Source of the DNA: an uncultured virus (IMG/VR IMGVR_UViG_3300007171_000012)
Taxonomy: Duplodnaviria > Heunggongvirae > Uroviricota > Caudoviricetes
Virus record (IMG/VR): IMGVR_UViG_3300007171_000012
Strand: one strand, 5' to 3'
DNA length: 64,000 nucleotides
Below, in pieces: positions 8,797 through 17,077 of this stretch (its first letter is position 1; every line of letters begins with the position of its first letter). Under the pieces are notes generated by a model, which searched no databases, was not told where the DNA came from, and worked only from the letters and a program-made list of their open reading frames with translations. The translations under genes were made by a program, and so were the position numbers.

Positions 8797-8988
8797 TTAG
8801 GACAGAACCGCTTCAATTTTCTTGACAACCTCTGGCAGATCATGCATGTCGAAAGGCGCAGCCTCGCCCACAACTCCGTCAGAGATAGGGTAAACCCTCA
8901 AAGACATAACTTTACAGTTATCATGTTCTGCATTCACCAAGAACTGGCCGACTTCAGTTTCCAACAGGGTCTGAAAGATTTTCTTCAT
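8797..8988 (-). CDS. small hypothetical protein
   Basis: 63 aa; own TTGCTT-N16-TAGCCT promoter. Confidence 0.6.
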   Translation of the reverse strand: MKKIFQTLLETEVGQFLVNAEHDNCKVMSLRVYPISDGVVGEAAPFDMHDLPEVVKKIEAVLS

Positions 8989-9049
8989 CGCTTAAAGCAG
9001 GCTACCAGAGAAAGCAGGAAAAGCAAGAGAATTGTGATTTTAGGGTCCA

Positions 9050-9766
9050 TCAGATGGCACCTCCATTTTCAGGCTCTAGCACAAAGCCTGTCAAGTCTTT
9101 TTTAGCGCGGCCCTTTTCCACAAGGCCGATGACCTTCCCCTTGCCATCCAGAAAGCGGGCATCCGTTTCGTCACCGTTCACAACGTCCGCGCCAAATGCA
9201 CGGGTGGGCAGGCTCTTGCGAAACACGACGGCCACATTGCCACCAGAGCGCAAGACGCTTTCGACAATTGCGTTCGGCGTGTTCTCCTTGCGCGAGAAAG
9301 TCAAATGGTAATTTGCGGGCATTTCGCCAGCGAGGAAAGCCGACATGCGGGAAAGCGTGGCGGTGTAGTCATAGAACTGGACCGAGGGGAAAAGCTCGAA
9401 AATGTTCTTGCCATCGTGACGAATTTTTTCCCATGGAAGGTCCGACGTAAGATTGAGACGGAAAGCCGCTTGCATGCCATTTTTGTTTGCTTTTTTAACG
9501 GCTGCCGCGATTTCCTTCACAAGCTGCTTCATGAAAGCCGACTTGTCGGAAAAGAAAAGGCGAGTTTTTGCGATTCGTGCCTGCTGGACGGTCGAATAAA
9601 CTCCCATGCCCGCCGTGTTGAGGCATGCCGCTGCGCATCCTGCGGACGCATCTTTGCAAGTATTGAAGCCCGACAGATTGGAAGGTGCAAGGTGGATTCC
9701 AAAGGTGGAGAAACCGAGCTTTTCGCCCTTGCGGATTTTGGTGTTGGAAGTGGTGAGAAGTTTCAC
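9050..9766 (-). CDS. Gp88-like phage protein (Cys cluster, radical-SAM-like)
   Basis: NTKIRKG...LAP...NTCKDASAGCAAACL...FRLNLTSDLPWE...FYDYT...YHLTFS...GNVAVVF...GDETDARFLD; GTG start 6 nt after TATCTT. Confidence 0.75.
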   Translation of the reverse strand: MKLLTTSNTKIRKGEKLGFSTFGIHLAPSNLSGFNTCKDASAGCAAACLNTAGMGVYSTVQQARIAKTRLFFSDKSAFMKQLVKEIAAAVKKANKNGMQAAFRLNLTSDLPWEKIRHDGKNIFELFPSVQFYDYTATLSRMSAFLAGEMPANYHLTFSRKENTPNAIVESVLRSGGNVAVVFRKSLPTRAFGADVVNGDETDARFLDGKGKVIGLVEKGRAKKDLTGFVLEPENGGAI

Positions 9767-9880
9767 GGCCACAAGATACCAAGCGGCCCGAGCTTTGCAA
9801 GCGTTTTCTGCATCTTTTCCGAAAAAACTTTTCTTGAGAAAATGCTTGACAAGAAAAAAAACAGAAAAAAAACTTGACAC

Positions 9881-9957
9881 ACAACTCGTTGATTATCAGG
9901 GACTTACGACGGCGCGGGGGCCGCGCCCGCGTAACTCGTTGAGCGTCAACGACTTAT
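9881..9957 (+). repeat. 77-bp element, copy 3
   Basis: Palindromes at 9881-9907 and 9931-9957; spacer GACGGCGCGGGGGCCGCGCCCGC. Confidence 0.9.
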
Positions 9958-9991
9958 ACCGATTATTTTTTTGCTTGACAAATGCAAGAAC

Positions 9992-10014
9992 TGCGCCCCG
10001 CTTTCGCGGGGCGC
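9992..10014 (-). terminator. GC-rich hairpin after the DUF932 gene
   Basis: GCGCCCCGC-TTTC-GCGGGGCGC (GAAA loop on the minus strand); no clear U-tract. Confidence 0.5.
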
Positions 10015-10026
10015 AGCCTTTCGCCG

Positions 10027-10821
10027 TCAGCCCATCACCACCAGAGGCTCGATGTCTTCCGTTCCAGCGTCGGCTGGGTCGATGTCAACAACAATCTGCG
10101 GGCGATGTCCCGCGATGCGGTCAAAAACGCTTTGCGCGGTCATCGTGCGGAACGGCAACTTGCTAAGGTCGCCACCTTTGAGATTTTCCGTGATGGAATT
10201 GTAAAGGGTCCAGAGGGTGCCACCCTTGAATTCTTCGTGACGAGGATTGCGGAATTCCTGAACGGCACTGTAAATGTCGCGAGCGGGGAAAGCCTTGGCG
10301 TCCACAAGGTCGATGAGAAGATCAGCGGCACGATCACGGGAAATTTCCGTCTGCTTGTAAAGGGAGATACGGTTTTCCATGTCATTCCAATGAGAAACCA
10401 CGCGGGCGACAGCATCCGACAGCACGCGGGGAAGATCCGCGATGATGTTGGTAGTATGGCGGCGGGCGAGCTTCACATCAGAAGAGAAGCAAAGATTTTC
10501 ACAGACCAGCATGCGATTGCCGATGCACACGCTGGCGGCGAAGCTCTTGTCGTGAGCATTGCGCAAACCGAGAACGATTTCGCGATCCGCGCCAGTAATG
10601 TCAAGACCCTTGAGGGCAAAGCCGCCGAAGTAACGCTGGCCACCACGGGCAAGCGAATGCTCTTCAAGACCGACTTCAAGACCAGCGCGGGCGATGGCAT
10701 CGCGGGTGAGATTCACAAGCTGGGCGTGTGGAATCGGAGTGAACGAATCGGTGCGCTCAGGAGTCTGCACGCCGACGAGTTGTTCAGAGGAAACCTTGTT
10801 CTTTGCGATGATGAGGGCCAT
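10027..10821 (-). CDS. DUF932/DUF945-family protein
   Basis: LRNAHDKS...RMLVCENL...RRHT motifs typical of the family. Confidence 0.8.
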   Translation of the reverse strand: MALIIAKNKVSSEQLVGVQTPERTDSFTPIPHAQLVNLTRDAIARAGLEVGLEEHSLARGGQRYFGGFALKGLDITGADREIVLGLRNAHDKSFAASVCIGNRMLVCENLCFSSDVKLARRHTTNIIADLPRVLSDAVARVVSHWNDMENRISLYKQTEISRDRAADLLIDLVDAKAFPARDIYSAVQEFRNPRHEEFKGGTLWTLYNSITENLKGGDLSKLPFRTMTAQSVFDRIAGHRPQIVVDIDPADAGTEDIEPLVVMG

Positions 10822-11001
10822 AATGTTGTGGGATTGGGAGTTGGAGTTGGTGCGCCGTCAGTGGCGATGGGGAAAGAATAGCACAGGACGCAGCAGAGTC
10901 AACACGTTTTTGATTGTTTTCGCGTTTTTAGGTGAGAAAAAAGACTGCGCATTTTTTGCTTTATGCTTGACAAACGCCTGTCAATACTTTTTTTTGCATG
11001 C

Positions 11002-11078
11002 GTAAGTCGTTCATTATCAACGAGTTACGACGGCGCGGGGGCCGCGCCTCCATAAGTCTTTGATACTCAGTGACTTAC
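11002..11078 (+). repeat. 77-bp element, copy 4
   Basis: Palindromes at 11002-11028 and 11052-11078. Confidence 0.9.
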
Positions 11079-11123
11079 GAGGCTGGTTTTTTATTGATTT
11101 TTTTTCTTGACAAGCGGAGAGCC

Positions 11124-11142
11124 GCGCCCCCTTTCGGGGGCG
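11124..11142 (-). terminator. GC-rich hairpin with GAAA loop (minus strand)
   Basis: CGCCCCC-TTTC-GGGGGCG immediately after the gene stop. Confidence 0.5.
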
Positions 11143-11152
11143 AGGCCGATAT

Positions 11153-11572
11153 TCAGTGCGAAACCTCCTTGACAAGCGATCCGCAGCGGAAGGTCACGAC
11201 CGCATCCTTGTGAGCGGAAGCCCACTTTTCGGTATTGCGGTTGACGAAGGGGACATAGCCCGCATCGCGCACAGTGTCAACACCGCCTTTCAGAAGACGC
11301 TGATACTTGTCCTTGCCGTTAATGACGCGGGTGGTTCCGTCCTTCTTGACAAAGGTGATGGAAAAGAACTTGCCCTTGGTTTCAGCGATCAGGTTGTCGA
11401 GTTCGACTTGCATGGTTTTGGTCATTGGTTTGGTTTCTACTGGTTTGGTTTTGGAAAGGCGATATTCTGTGATGAACGTGTGAATGGTGAGGAAGATGAC
11501 GAGGGCGGTGATCGTGATGATCAGGCCGTAAAAGGCGAAGGCGAAGATGGCGGCGACGGTGGATTCTTGCAT
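11153..11572 (-). CDS. protein with N-terminal TM helix and SH3/WYL-like C-terminal domain
   Basis: Hydrophobic N-terminus; FFSITFVKKDGTTRVING motif. Confidence 0.6.
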   Translation of the reverse strand: MQESTVAAIFAFAFYGLIITITALVIFLTIHTFITEYRLSKTKPVETKPMTKTMQVELDNLIAETKGKFFSITFVKKDGTTRVINGKDKYQRLLKGGVDTVRDAGYVPFVNRNTEKWASAHKDAVVTFRCGSLVKEVSH

Positions 11573-11611
11573 TTGGTTTGGTTAGTTGCGGGTTGCGGTT
11601 ACGGGGAAAGA

Positions 11612-11824
11612 TTAAGCGTTTTGGGCGCGCCTGTCAACACTATTTTTGAACTTTCTTTTCAAAAGATCGGCGGCTTCTTTGCGATCCACGAAAACGCTGG
11701 CAGCTTCGTTTCCATTGGTAAAAATCACAAGTGGACGGGCAGGTGTGCGGAAAGCATGAAGAGTGAAAAGCGGGGTTTCATAAGTTTTGCAGTTGCCCGT
11801 CTTGCGGATGGTGTAGCGTGTCAT
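11612..11824 (-). CDS. small hypothetical protein
   Basis: MTRYTIRKTG...; TTGCAA-N17-TACTCT promoter. Confidence 0.6.
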   Translation of the reverse strand: MTRYTIRKTGNCKTYETPLFTLHAFRTPARPLVIFTNGNEAASVFVDRKEAADLLKRKFKNSVDRRAQNA

Positions 11825-11953
11825 GGCGGGGACAGAGTAGCATCGGCGGGCGGGTCTTGCAAGAACTATTTTGCATTTTTCCAAGAAAAAAAAGCTGCGC
11901 ATATTTTGCTTTATGCTTGACAAGAGCGTGTCAAGAACTTTTTTTTATGCTGT

Positions 11954-12030
11954 GTAACTCGTTGATTATCAAGGACTTACGACGGCGCGGGGGCCGCGCC
12001 CGCGTAACTCGTTGATCTTGAGTGAGTTAG
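11954..12030 (+). repeat. 77-bp element, copy 5
   Basis: Palindromes at 11954-11980 and 12004-12030; spacer identical to copy 3. Confidence 0.9.
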
Positions 12031-12075
12031 GCAAGGGAGCCACCACAACTCCCTTGCCATTTTCACCGTGCCATG

Positions 12076-12564
12076 TCAACCACGAAATTTCACAAAATCT
12101 TCGGCCAGACTATTGATGATCTGTTCAAGAAACAAATTTCCGCCCTCTGTCTGAAAAGAGCTTGACTTTTCGATTGCATCCCAAGGAAAGATTTCCTTTT
12201 GATTGGCGAAGTTTTCGTCGTCTTCATCTTCGGCTAGCAGAGCGAGGCAAAGAGTTTCGGCACTCCATTCTTGAGGCCAACTGGACAGAAAGTGCGATGC
12301 GGCTTTTAGATACGCTTCCGCATGGATAGGATTACGCAGATCAAGACCATGAGTAAAATCTTCATTTACTTTGATGATTGGGGGAGGTTCGGGCAATTGC
12401 TTTAGGCTTGCGACGTATGCATCGGCGGTTTTGGCCATGCGAGTCAATTCGGTATAAGCTGTATCCCTTATACAAGCATTTTTGTTTTGATGAGAGGAAA
12501 GAAGAAGATCGAGGACGCTTTCCCATGTGGGGGTCATGTCAATAGTGTTTGTTGCGGCAGGCAT
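12076..12564 (-). CDS. acidic hypothetical protein
   Basis: 162 aa; TIDMTPTW N-terminal motif. Confidence 0.7.
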   Translation of the reverse strand: MPAATNTIDMTPTWESVLDLLLSSHQNKNACIRDTAYTELTRMAKTADAYVASLKQLPEPPPIIKVNEDFTHGLDLRNPIHAEAYLKAASHFLSSWPQEWSAETLCLALLAEDEDDENFANQKEIFPWDAIEKSSSFQTEGGNLFLEQIINSLAEDFVKFRG

Positions 12565-12662
12565 TTTTTTTGATTTGTTTCTTTTTGTCAGTGTGACGAA
12601 TGACAGGCGGTGGGAAATGGAGCCTAGGCTTCGCGGCGGGGATTGTCAAGGTGATTTTCATC

Positions 12663-12845
12663 TTAATCTTCTTTTTCGGACCATTCCTTCGGAAGCCAAG
12701 CTTGGCGCAGTTCTTTTCTGATTGCTCTTTTCAAAGCATCCATGTCATAAGCGTTTGTCCTATGACCGATGCCGCTACTCACGATGATTTCTTCCAGCGA
12801 ATTATTCACACGCTTTTCGAAATTCATTTTGTTTTTGAGTTCCAT
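12663..12845 (-). CDS. small hypothetical protein
   Basis: MELKNKMNFEKR...; TTGACA-N17-CACACT promoter. Confidence 0.55.
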   Translation of the reverse strand: MELKNKMNFEKRVNNSLEEIIVSSGIGHRTNAYDMDALKRAIRKELRQAWLPKEWSEKED

Positions 12846-12886
12846 GACGGAGACAGTGTGCGGGATTTGAAGCAGCTTGTCAACAA

Positions 12887-13210
12887 TTAAACGGGAATTC
12901 TCAAGCGTGCGGGAATTTTCAACACTTGGCACCACTTGCGCCAGTTCTGGCCATGGAGGCTTCGGCGGCTGCCGACATAGTAAGTGCCACGCTCGCGAAA
13001 GTCAAGCAAATGCGCCAGCTCATGCAAGAAAACTTCGCGAAACAATCCGAAAGACGCAAGAACATTTTCCGACAATTGGATTTTTGATTCTTCGGCATGA
13101 GCCAACCCGAGAAAACGTTTTGATTGCATCCATTCCACACGCACCGAGGCCATGCCCCACTCTTTGAGAGTCAGGCGGATGTATTGGTCAACTTCGTGCG
13201 CGGTGAGCAT
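12887..13210 (-). CDS. SprT-like zinc metalloprotease
   Basis: LGLA...FLHELAH...HGQNWRKWC. Confidence 0.8.
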   Translation of the reverse strand: MLTAHEVDQYIRLTLKEWGMASVRVEWMQSKRFLGLAHAEESKIQLSENVLASFGLFREVFLHELAHLLDFRERGTYYVGSRRSLHGQNWRKWCQVLKIPARLRIPV

Positions 13211-13276
13211 GAGCAAAGTCTGTCAGGATTTAAGCAGTATGGCAAGAGTTTTTTTTGATTATTTTGTGCTTGACAC

Positions 13277-13353
13277 GTAAGTTGTTGATTATCAAGGACT
13301 TGCGCGGCGGCGGGGGCCGCGCCTTCGTAACTCGTTGAGCGTCAACGAGTTAC
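13277..13353 (+). repeat. 77-bp element, copy 6
   Basis: Second palindrome has perfect arms: GTAACTCGTTGA-GCG-TCAACGAGTTAC. Confidence 0.9.
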
Positions 13354-13364
13354 ACACGCCCAGC

Positions 13365-13925
13365 TTAACTTATGCCCTGCCATAACTTAACTTCATAAGC
13401 TCGTCGGATAACTAGTCCACGCAATGTCTTACCTGCGGCCTTAACATAAAGAGGAAGCAACTTAGGCACGCTATCATAGTTGCCGCTATTAAGTCGATTC
13501 TTACCGTTAATCAGAGCGTCAAGACAATTTTCATTTGTGTTATGAGTAAAGCTGACAAGCGCGGCAAGCTGGTATTCCGTAAGTTTGACCTTAACCTTAG
13601 ACAGAACCAGTTTTTTTGTTTCAATCAATTCTTGCTTGAGGATAAACTCTGCTGTGGATATGCTCATGCTATTGCCAGCATATTTACCAGTGTGTCCATA
13701 TCCAACAGTCAAGATGCCAGCAGGACAACGATAAGGCTGCGCACGATATGACTCGAAACTCTTAACTTTTTCCGTCATTTTAGAAAACCATTGCACCTTA
13801 TGCTTTGGCGCAACAAGGACAGGATAGTTTTTAATGTTTTTAACTATCTGAACGCTTGGCACTGTCTGAATAGACAGCGCGGCAACAATTCCTGCGATAG
13901 TGGCGGCGAGCATGAGTTTTTTCAT
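13365..13925 (-). CDS. GH24 (T4-type) lysozyme with N-terminal signal/SAR-like segment
   Basis: FESYRAQPYRCPAGILTVGYGH (E-x8-C-x5-T), ALVSFTHN, LRGLVIRR; hydrophobic MKKLMLAATIAGIVAAL. Confidence 0.88.
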   Translation of the reverse strand: MKKLMLAATIAGIVAALSIQTVPSVQIVKNIKNYPVLVAPKHKVQWFSKMTEKVKSFESYRAQPYRCPAGILTVGYGHTGKYAGNSMSISTAEFILKQELIETKKLVLSKVKVKLTEYQLAALVSFTHNTNENCLDALINGKNRLNSGNYDSVPKLLPLYVKAAGKTLRGLVIRRAYEVKLWQGIS

Positions 13926-13967
13926 GATCAAAAGATTAATGCGGGGATAGAACCCGCGCAAGGTTTT

Positions 13968-14099
13968 TTATGGGATAAAATCGAGTTCTTCGATGTTGAC
14001 GATTTCTTCGCCTCCATCATCGAATGAAATTTCGGCTTCATTTCCTTCGATTCCTTCGACGGCGACGACTTGATTGCGGTAGATTGCGAATGCGAGCAT
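13968..14099 (-). CDS. 43-aa acidic peptide (not in ORF track)
   Basis: MLAFAIYRNQVVAVEGIEGNEAEISFDDGGEEIVNIEELDFIP; own promoter. Confidence 0.6.
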   Translation of the reverse strand: MLAFAIYRNQVVAVEGIEGNEAEISFDDGGEEIVNIEELDFIP

Positions 14100-14147
14100 G
14101 GTGGTGAGGTGTCGGTTGACGGGGAAAGAGTAACTCGGGCGAACGGA

Positions 14148-14282
14148 TTAAGCAACTTCTTTTTCGTCTTTTTTGCAGAATTCTTCAGTCCATTGGGACA
14201 CTTCATCTGCGAGAGCTTCAAAGCGGCCAGTGGCTGCGATCAGTTCGGTGATCCAAGCTGGGGTTTCGGTGACGTTTTCCAC
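14148..14282 (-). CDS. 44-aa hypothetical peptide
   Basis: GTG start 6 nt after TTGCGC-N17-TATTCT. Confidence 0.55.
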   Translation of the reverse strand: MENVTETPAWITELIAATGRFEALADEVSQWTEEFCKKDEKEVA

Positions 14283-14408
14283 GCGCGAAGAATACAGCGG
14301 CAATCGACTAAGCGCAAGACTTTTTTTTGCTATTTTTCGCAGAAAAAAAGCTGCGCATATTTTACTTTGTGCTTGACAGATCATGATTTAGCCCATGACA
14401 TATCGTTT

Positions 14409-14485
14409 GTAAGTGCTTGATTATCAACGACTTACGCGGGCGCGGGGGCGTTAGCCGCGCAACTCGCTGATGTTCAACGAGTTAC
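14409..14485 (+). repeat. 77-bp element, copy 7
   Basis: Palindromes at 14409-14435 and 14459-14485. Confidence 0.9.
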
Positions 14486-14497
14486 GATGTTATTTTT

Positions 14498-14704
14498 TTA
14501 CTTGACTATTTTCAAGAATGTGCGGCTACAGTATTCAATGCGGTCTTTATGGCGATGACCATCGAGCCAAGCGGTGAAAGCGGCGAGAACACTTTCGTCG
14601 GTATTTTCAGCGTGACGAAGATTGACATCGAAAAAGTGATGACCAAGGGCGCGACCTTCCGAACTGACATGCAGTTGCTTGTAAGAAATGCGAGACAGGA
14701 ACAT
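14498..14704 (-). CDS. small hypothetical protein
   Basis: 68 aa; TCGACA-N16-TACTCT promoter. Confidence 0.6.
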   Translation of the reverse strand: MFLSRISYKQLHVSSEGRALGHHFFDVNLRHAENTDESVLAAFTAWLDGHRHKDRIEYCSRTFLKIVK

Positions 14705-14758
14705 GTGGTGATGGGGAAAGAGTAAGAAAAAAAGTCTTCTTGTCGAGTGTTTTTTTGT

Positions 14759-14950
14759 TTATTTTTCAACCAGCGACCAGAAACCCGATGAACTAGGGTA
14801 TCTCTTCAGAAAACCAAGAGTTTCCAACTGCTTTATTGTATTCAATTGCGCGTCGGTGTAGGCGAAAACAAGTCGCTTGCCATTGCCGAAATCTTTAGTT
14901 GGAGGATTGGCCAAAAACCTTTTTTGATTGCCTGTGAGTTTTGTTTTCAC
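14759..14950 (-). CDS. small hypothetical protein
   Basis: GTG start 6 nt after TTGCTC-N17-TACTCT; MKTKLTGNQKRFL... Confidence 0.6.
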   Translation of the reverse strand: MKTKLTGNQKRFLANPPTKDFGNGKRLVFAYTDAQLNTIKQLETLGFLKRYPSSSGFWSLVEK

Positions 14951-14993
14951 GCTAAAAGAGTAATCGAGCAGAGGCTTATGAGCAAGCTTTATT

Positions 14994-15161
14994 TTACAGA
15001 TTGGCGAAAAATTCTTCGGCTTGAGAGGCACGGCTGGCGGTGTTGAAAGCCTCTTCAAGAGTTTCAGCGGCTTCCCATTCGGCTTGCGCGAAAGCGGCAG
15101 CATCTTCAAACATAGCAAGCAACTCCAGAGAGTCAGGGGTGGCAAGAAAGTCAATCGACAT
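14994..15161 (-). CDS. 55-aa acidic helical peptide (not in ORF track)
   Basis: MSIDFLATPDSLELLAMFEDAAAFAQAEWEAAETLEEAF...; TTGCGA-N16-TAATAT promoter. Confidence 0.65.
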   Translation of the reverse strand: MSIDFLATPDSLELLAMFEDAAAFAQAEWEAAETLEEAFNTASRASQAEEFFANL

Positions 15162-15269
15162 GTGTAGATATTACCAGCGGGGCGGCAGATCGCAAGAAAA
15201 AAATGTTTTTTTTTATTTTTTTACTTTTCTGCTTGACAGATAGAGAAAAACATGATGATTCATTCGTTC

Positions 15270-15346
15270 GTAACTCATTGATTTTCAAAGACTTGCATCT
15301 TCGCGGGGGCCGCGCCTGCGTAACTCGTTGATAGTCAGTGAGTTGT
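15270..15346 (+). repeat. 77-bp element, copy 8
   Basis: Palindromes at 15270-15296 and 15320-15346. Confidence 0.9.
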
Positions 15347-15417
15347 GGCTTTTATTTTTTTTCTTGACAAGGTGCGGCTGGCCCCCACCACAAGGGCCAG
15401 CCTTTCCCACCATGCCA

Positions 15418-15669
15418 TCACACCGCAAGGTCAATGCCTGCGATGTGGAGATTGCGAAACTTGCTTTCTCCGCCGTCGTCAATGTCGCGAGCCTTGACGG
15501 TCACGTAACGCTTGCCATTCTTGGCGAAGCCGACATGATCGACAGCTTCAACCTTCAGGACGCGCACGCCATCCTTTTTGATGCTGGATTTTTCGGCGAG
15601 GTAGCGGACAGTCTTTCCAACAAGAGCGGAAGCGATTTCGACAGCGGGTGCAGAGTAGTTGAGGAACAT
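15418..15669 (-). CDS. small beta-rich (SH3/WYL-like) protein
   Basis: 83 aa; GKTVRY...VRVLKVE...FRNLHIAGI. Confidence 0.55.
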   Translation of the reverse strand: MFLNYSAPAVEIASALVGKTVRYLAEKSSIKKDGVRVLKVEAVDHVGFAKNGKRYVTVKARDIDDGGESKFRNLHIAGIDLAV

Positions 15670-15725
15670 TGGATTGGTTTGGTTGACGGGGAAAAAGTAA
15701 GCGAGAAACAGCAGGGATGCAAGAT

Positions 15726-15944
15726 TTATTTTGCAAGAAACATATTCACAAGGCCCAGATCAGCTTTTTCGAAAGAGATGTATTTGCATGTTCCCTTGAC
15801 AATAATTCCAGGATTTGCAAGTTTGAATTCGCGAGCAATCTTTGGCGTTACGGTGACAGTCAACCCGTTGCGCAGCGCGGGAATGATAAAAGGATAGTTG
15901 CTTTCAATTGGCTTAAACGTGCGGGTAAGAGCTTCGGGGAACAT
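15726..15944 (-). CDS. small hypothetical protein
   Basis: MFPEALTRTF...; TTGCAT-N17-TACTCT promoter. Confidence 0.6.
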   Translation of the reverse strand: MFPEALTRTFKPIESNYPFIIPALRNGLTVTVTPKIAREFKLANPGIIVKGTCKYISFEKADLGLVNMFLAK

Positions 15945-16081
15945 GGTGGCGATTGCTGGTGACAGGGACAGAGTAACCCACTGGACCAACGAATGCAAGA
16001 TGTTTTTGCATCTTTTTTTGATCTTTTTTTTCTGCATTTTATTGTTGACAGATGCACCAAAGCATGATGATTCGCACATCT

Positions 16082-16158
16082 GTAAGTGATTGATTATCAA
16101 GGACTTACGCGCACGCGGGGGCTTTGCCTTCGTAACTCGTTGATAGTCAACGACTTAT
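16082..16158 (+). repeat. 77-bp element, copy 9
   Basis: Palindromes at 16082-16108 and 16132-16158. Confidence 0.9.
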
Positions 16159-16218
16159 GTAGGCTATGAGAAAAGGAAAAGAATCTTCCCTTTCGGGAAG
16201 ATTCCCCTTGACATGCGC

Positions 16219-16500
16219 TTAGAAGTCGCCGCAGCAGCCCTCCATGCCATACTCGCTCTGTTCCTCCCAGTAGGAGTCGAGGTAGCTGTCCTCTCGACCG
16301 TTATCGCCCTCACGCTCATAGAGCGAAGCCCAATAGGCTTCATCCTCTGCCTCACGCAGTTCATCCGATTCTTCGTCGGGCGTCCAACCCGAAGGCTCGG
16401 GGTCGGGGATATTGGCGTTGGCCTCGTCGGCCATCTCCTGCATGACGGAGGTGTATTCTTCGAACTCGGCGGAATCGGCGGGGAATGGGAGCATGCTCAT
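16219..16500 (-). CDS. highly acidic 93-aa protein
   Basis: About 29 D/E, 3 R and no K by manual count; TTGCAA-N17-TAATCT promoter; hairpin at 16181-16204 downstream. Confidence 0.7.
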   Translation of the reverse strand: MSMLPFPADSAEFEEYTSVMQEMADEANANIPDPEPSGWTPDEESDELREAEDEAYWASLYEREGDNGREDSYLDSYWEEQSEYGMEGCCGDF

Positions 16501-16671
16501 GGTAGTGGTGGGTGAGAGGAGGTGGGAAGGCCCGCCCTGCGGGACGCCCACAGATTACCTCGGGATGGACTGCATTGCAACATCTTTTTGATTCTTTTAT
16601 TCAGAAAAAATGCTATGCGTATTTTGCTTTTTGCTTGACAACATGCTGTCAAGCGTTTTTTTTGTAGGCTC

Positions 16672-16748
16672 GTAAGTCGTTGATTTTCAACGAGTTACAA
16701 CGGCGGGGGAGCCGCGCCTGCGTAAGTCGTTGATGTTCAGTGACTTAC
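16672..16748 (+). repeat. 77-bp element, copy 10
   Basis: Palindromes at 16672-16698 and 16722-16748. Confidence 0.9.
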
Positions 16749-16800
16749 AGAGGAACTTTAACATATCTTTGGAGTTATGTCAAAGATATGTCGTGACATA

Positions 16801-17037
16801 TCACACGGGCGCACCCGCTGGCAGCGTGTCAAGGTAGGCGGCGACACGGGCCTCGTATGCAGCACGCTTTTCCTTCCATTCCTTTTCCGTGATGGTGTGG
16901 ATGGTGGCCATGCGCTCAGGCGTAGGGTGAAACTTAACCCATCCTTGCAGAGCTTGGAATTTGACGCGCTCTCCTTCCCATCCAAGGAAGATGCCCATGT
17001 TCGTGAAAGTGCCAACGGCTGTGGTGGTGATGTCCAT
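16801..17037 (-). CDS. small hypothetical protein
   Basis: MDITTTAVGTF...; TTGCTT-N17-TACATT promoter. Confidence 0.6.
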   Translation of the reverse strand: MDITTTAVGTFTNMGIFLGWEGERVKFQALQGWVKFHPTPERMATIHTITEKEWKEKRAAYEARVAAYLDTLPAGAPV

Positions 17038-17077
17038 GCGTGTGAATGTAGAGGATGAAGAAGAGAAAAGCAAGGAT

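Noticed and set aside
7348..16748. CRISPR array
   Set aside because: Repeats are separated by 0.5-1.3 kb of genes rather than 30-40 bp spacers, the internal 23-bp spacer is conserved, and no cas genes are present.
7348..16748. Classical integron attC sites
   Set aside because: The element is two separate palindromes rather than one long imperfect hairpin, no IntI is seen, and the genes carry their own promoters. Only the analogy is retained.
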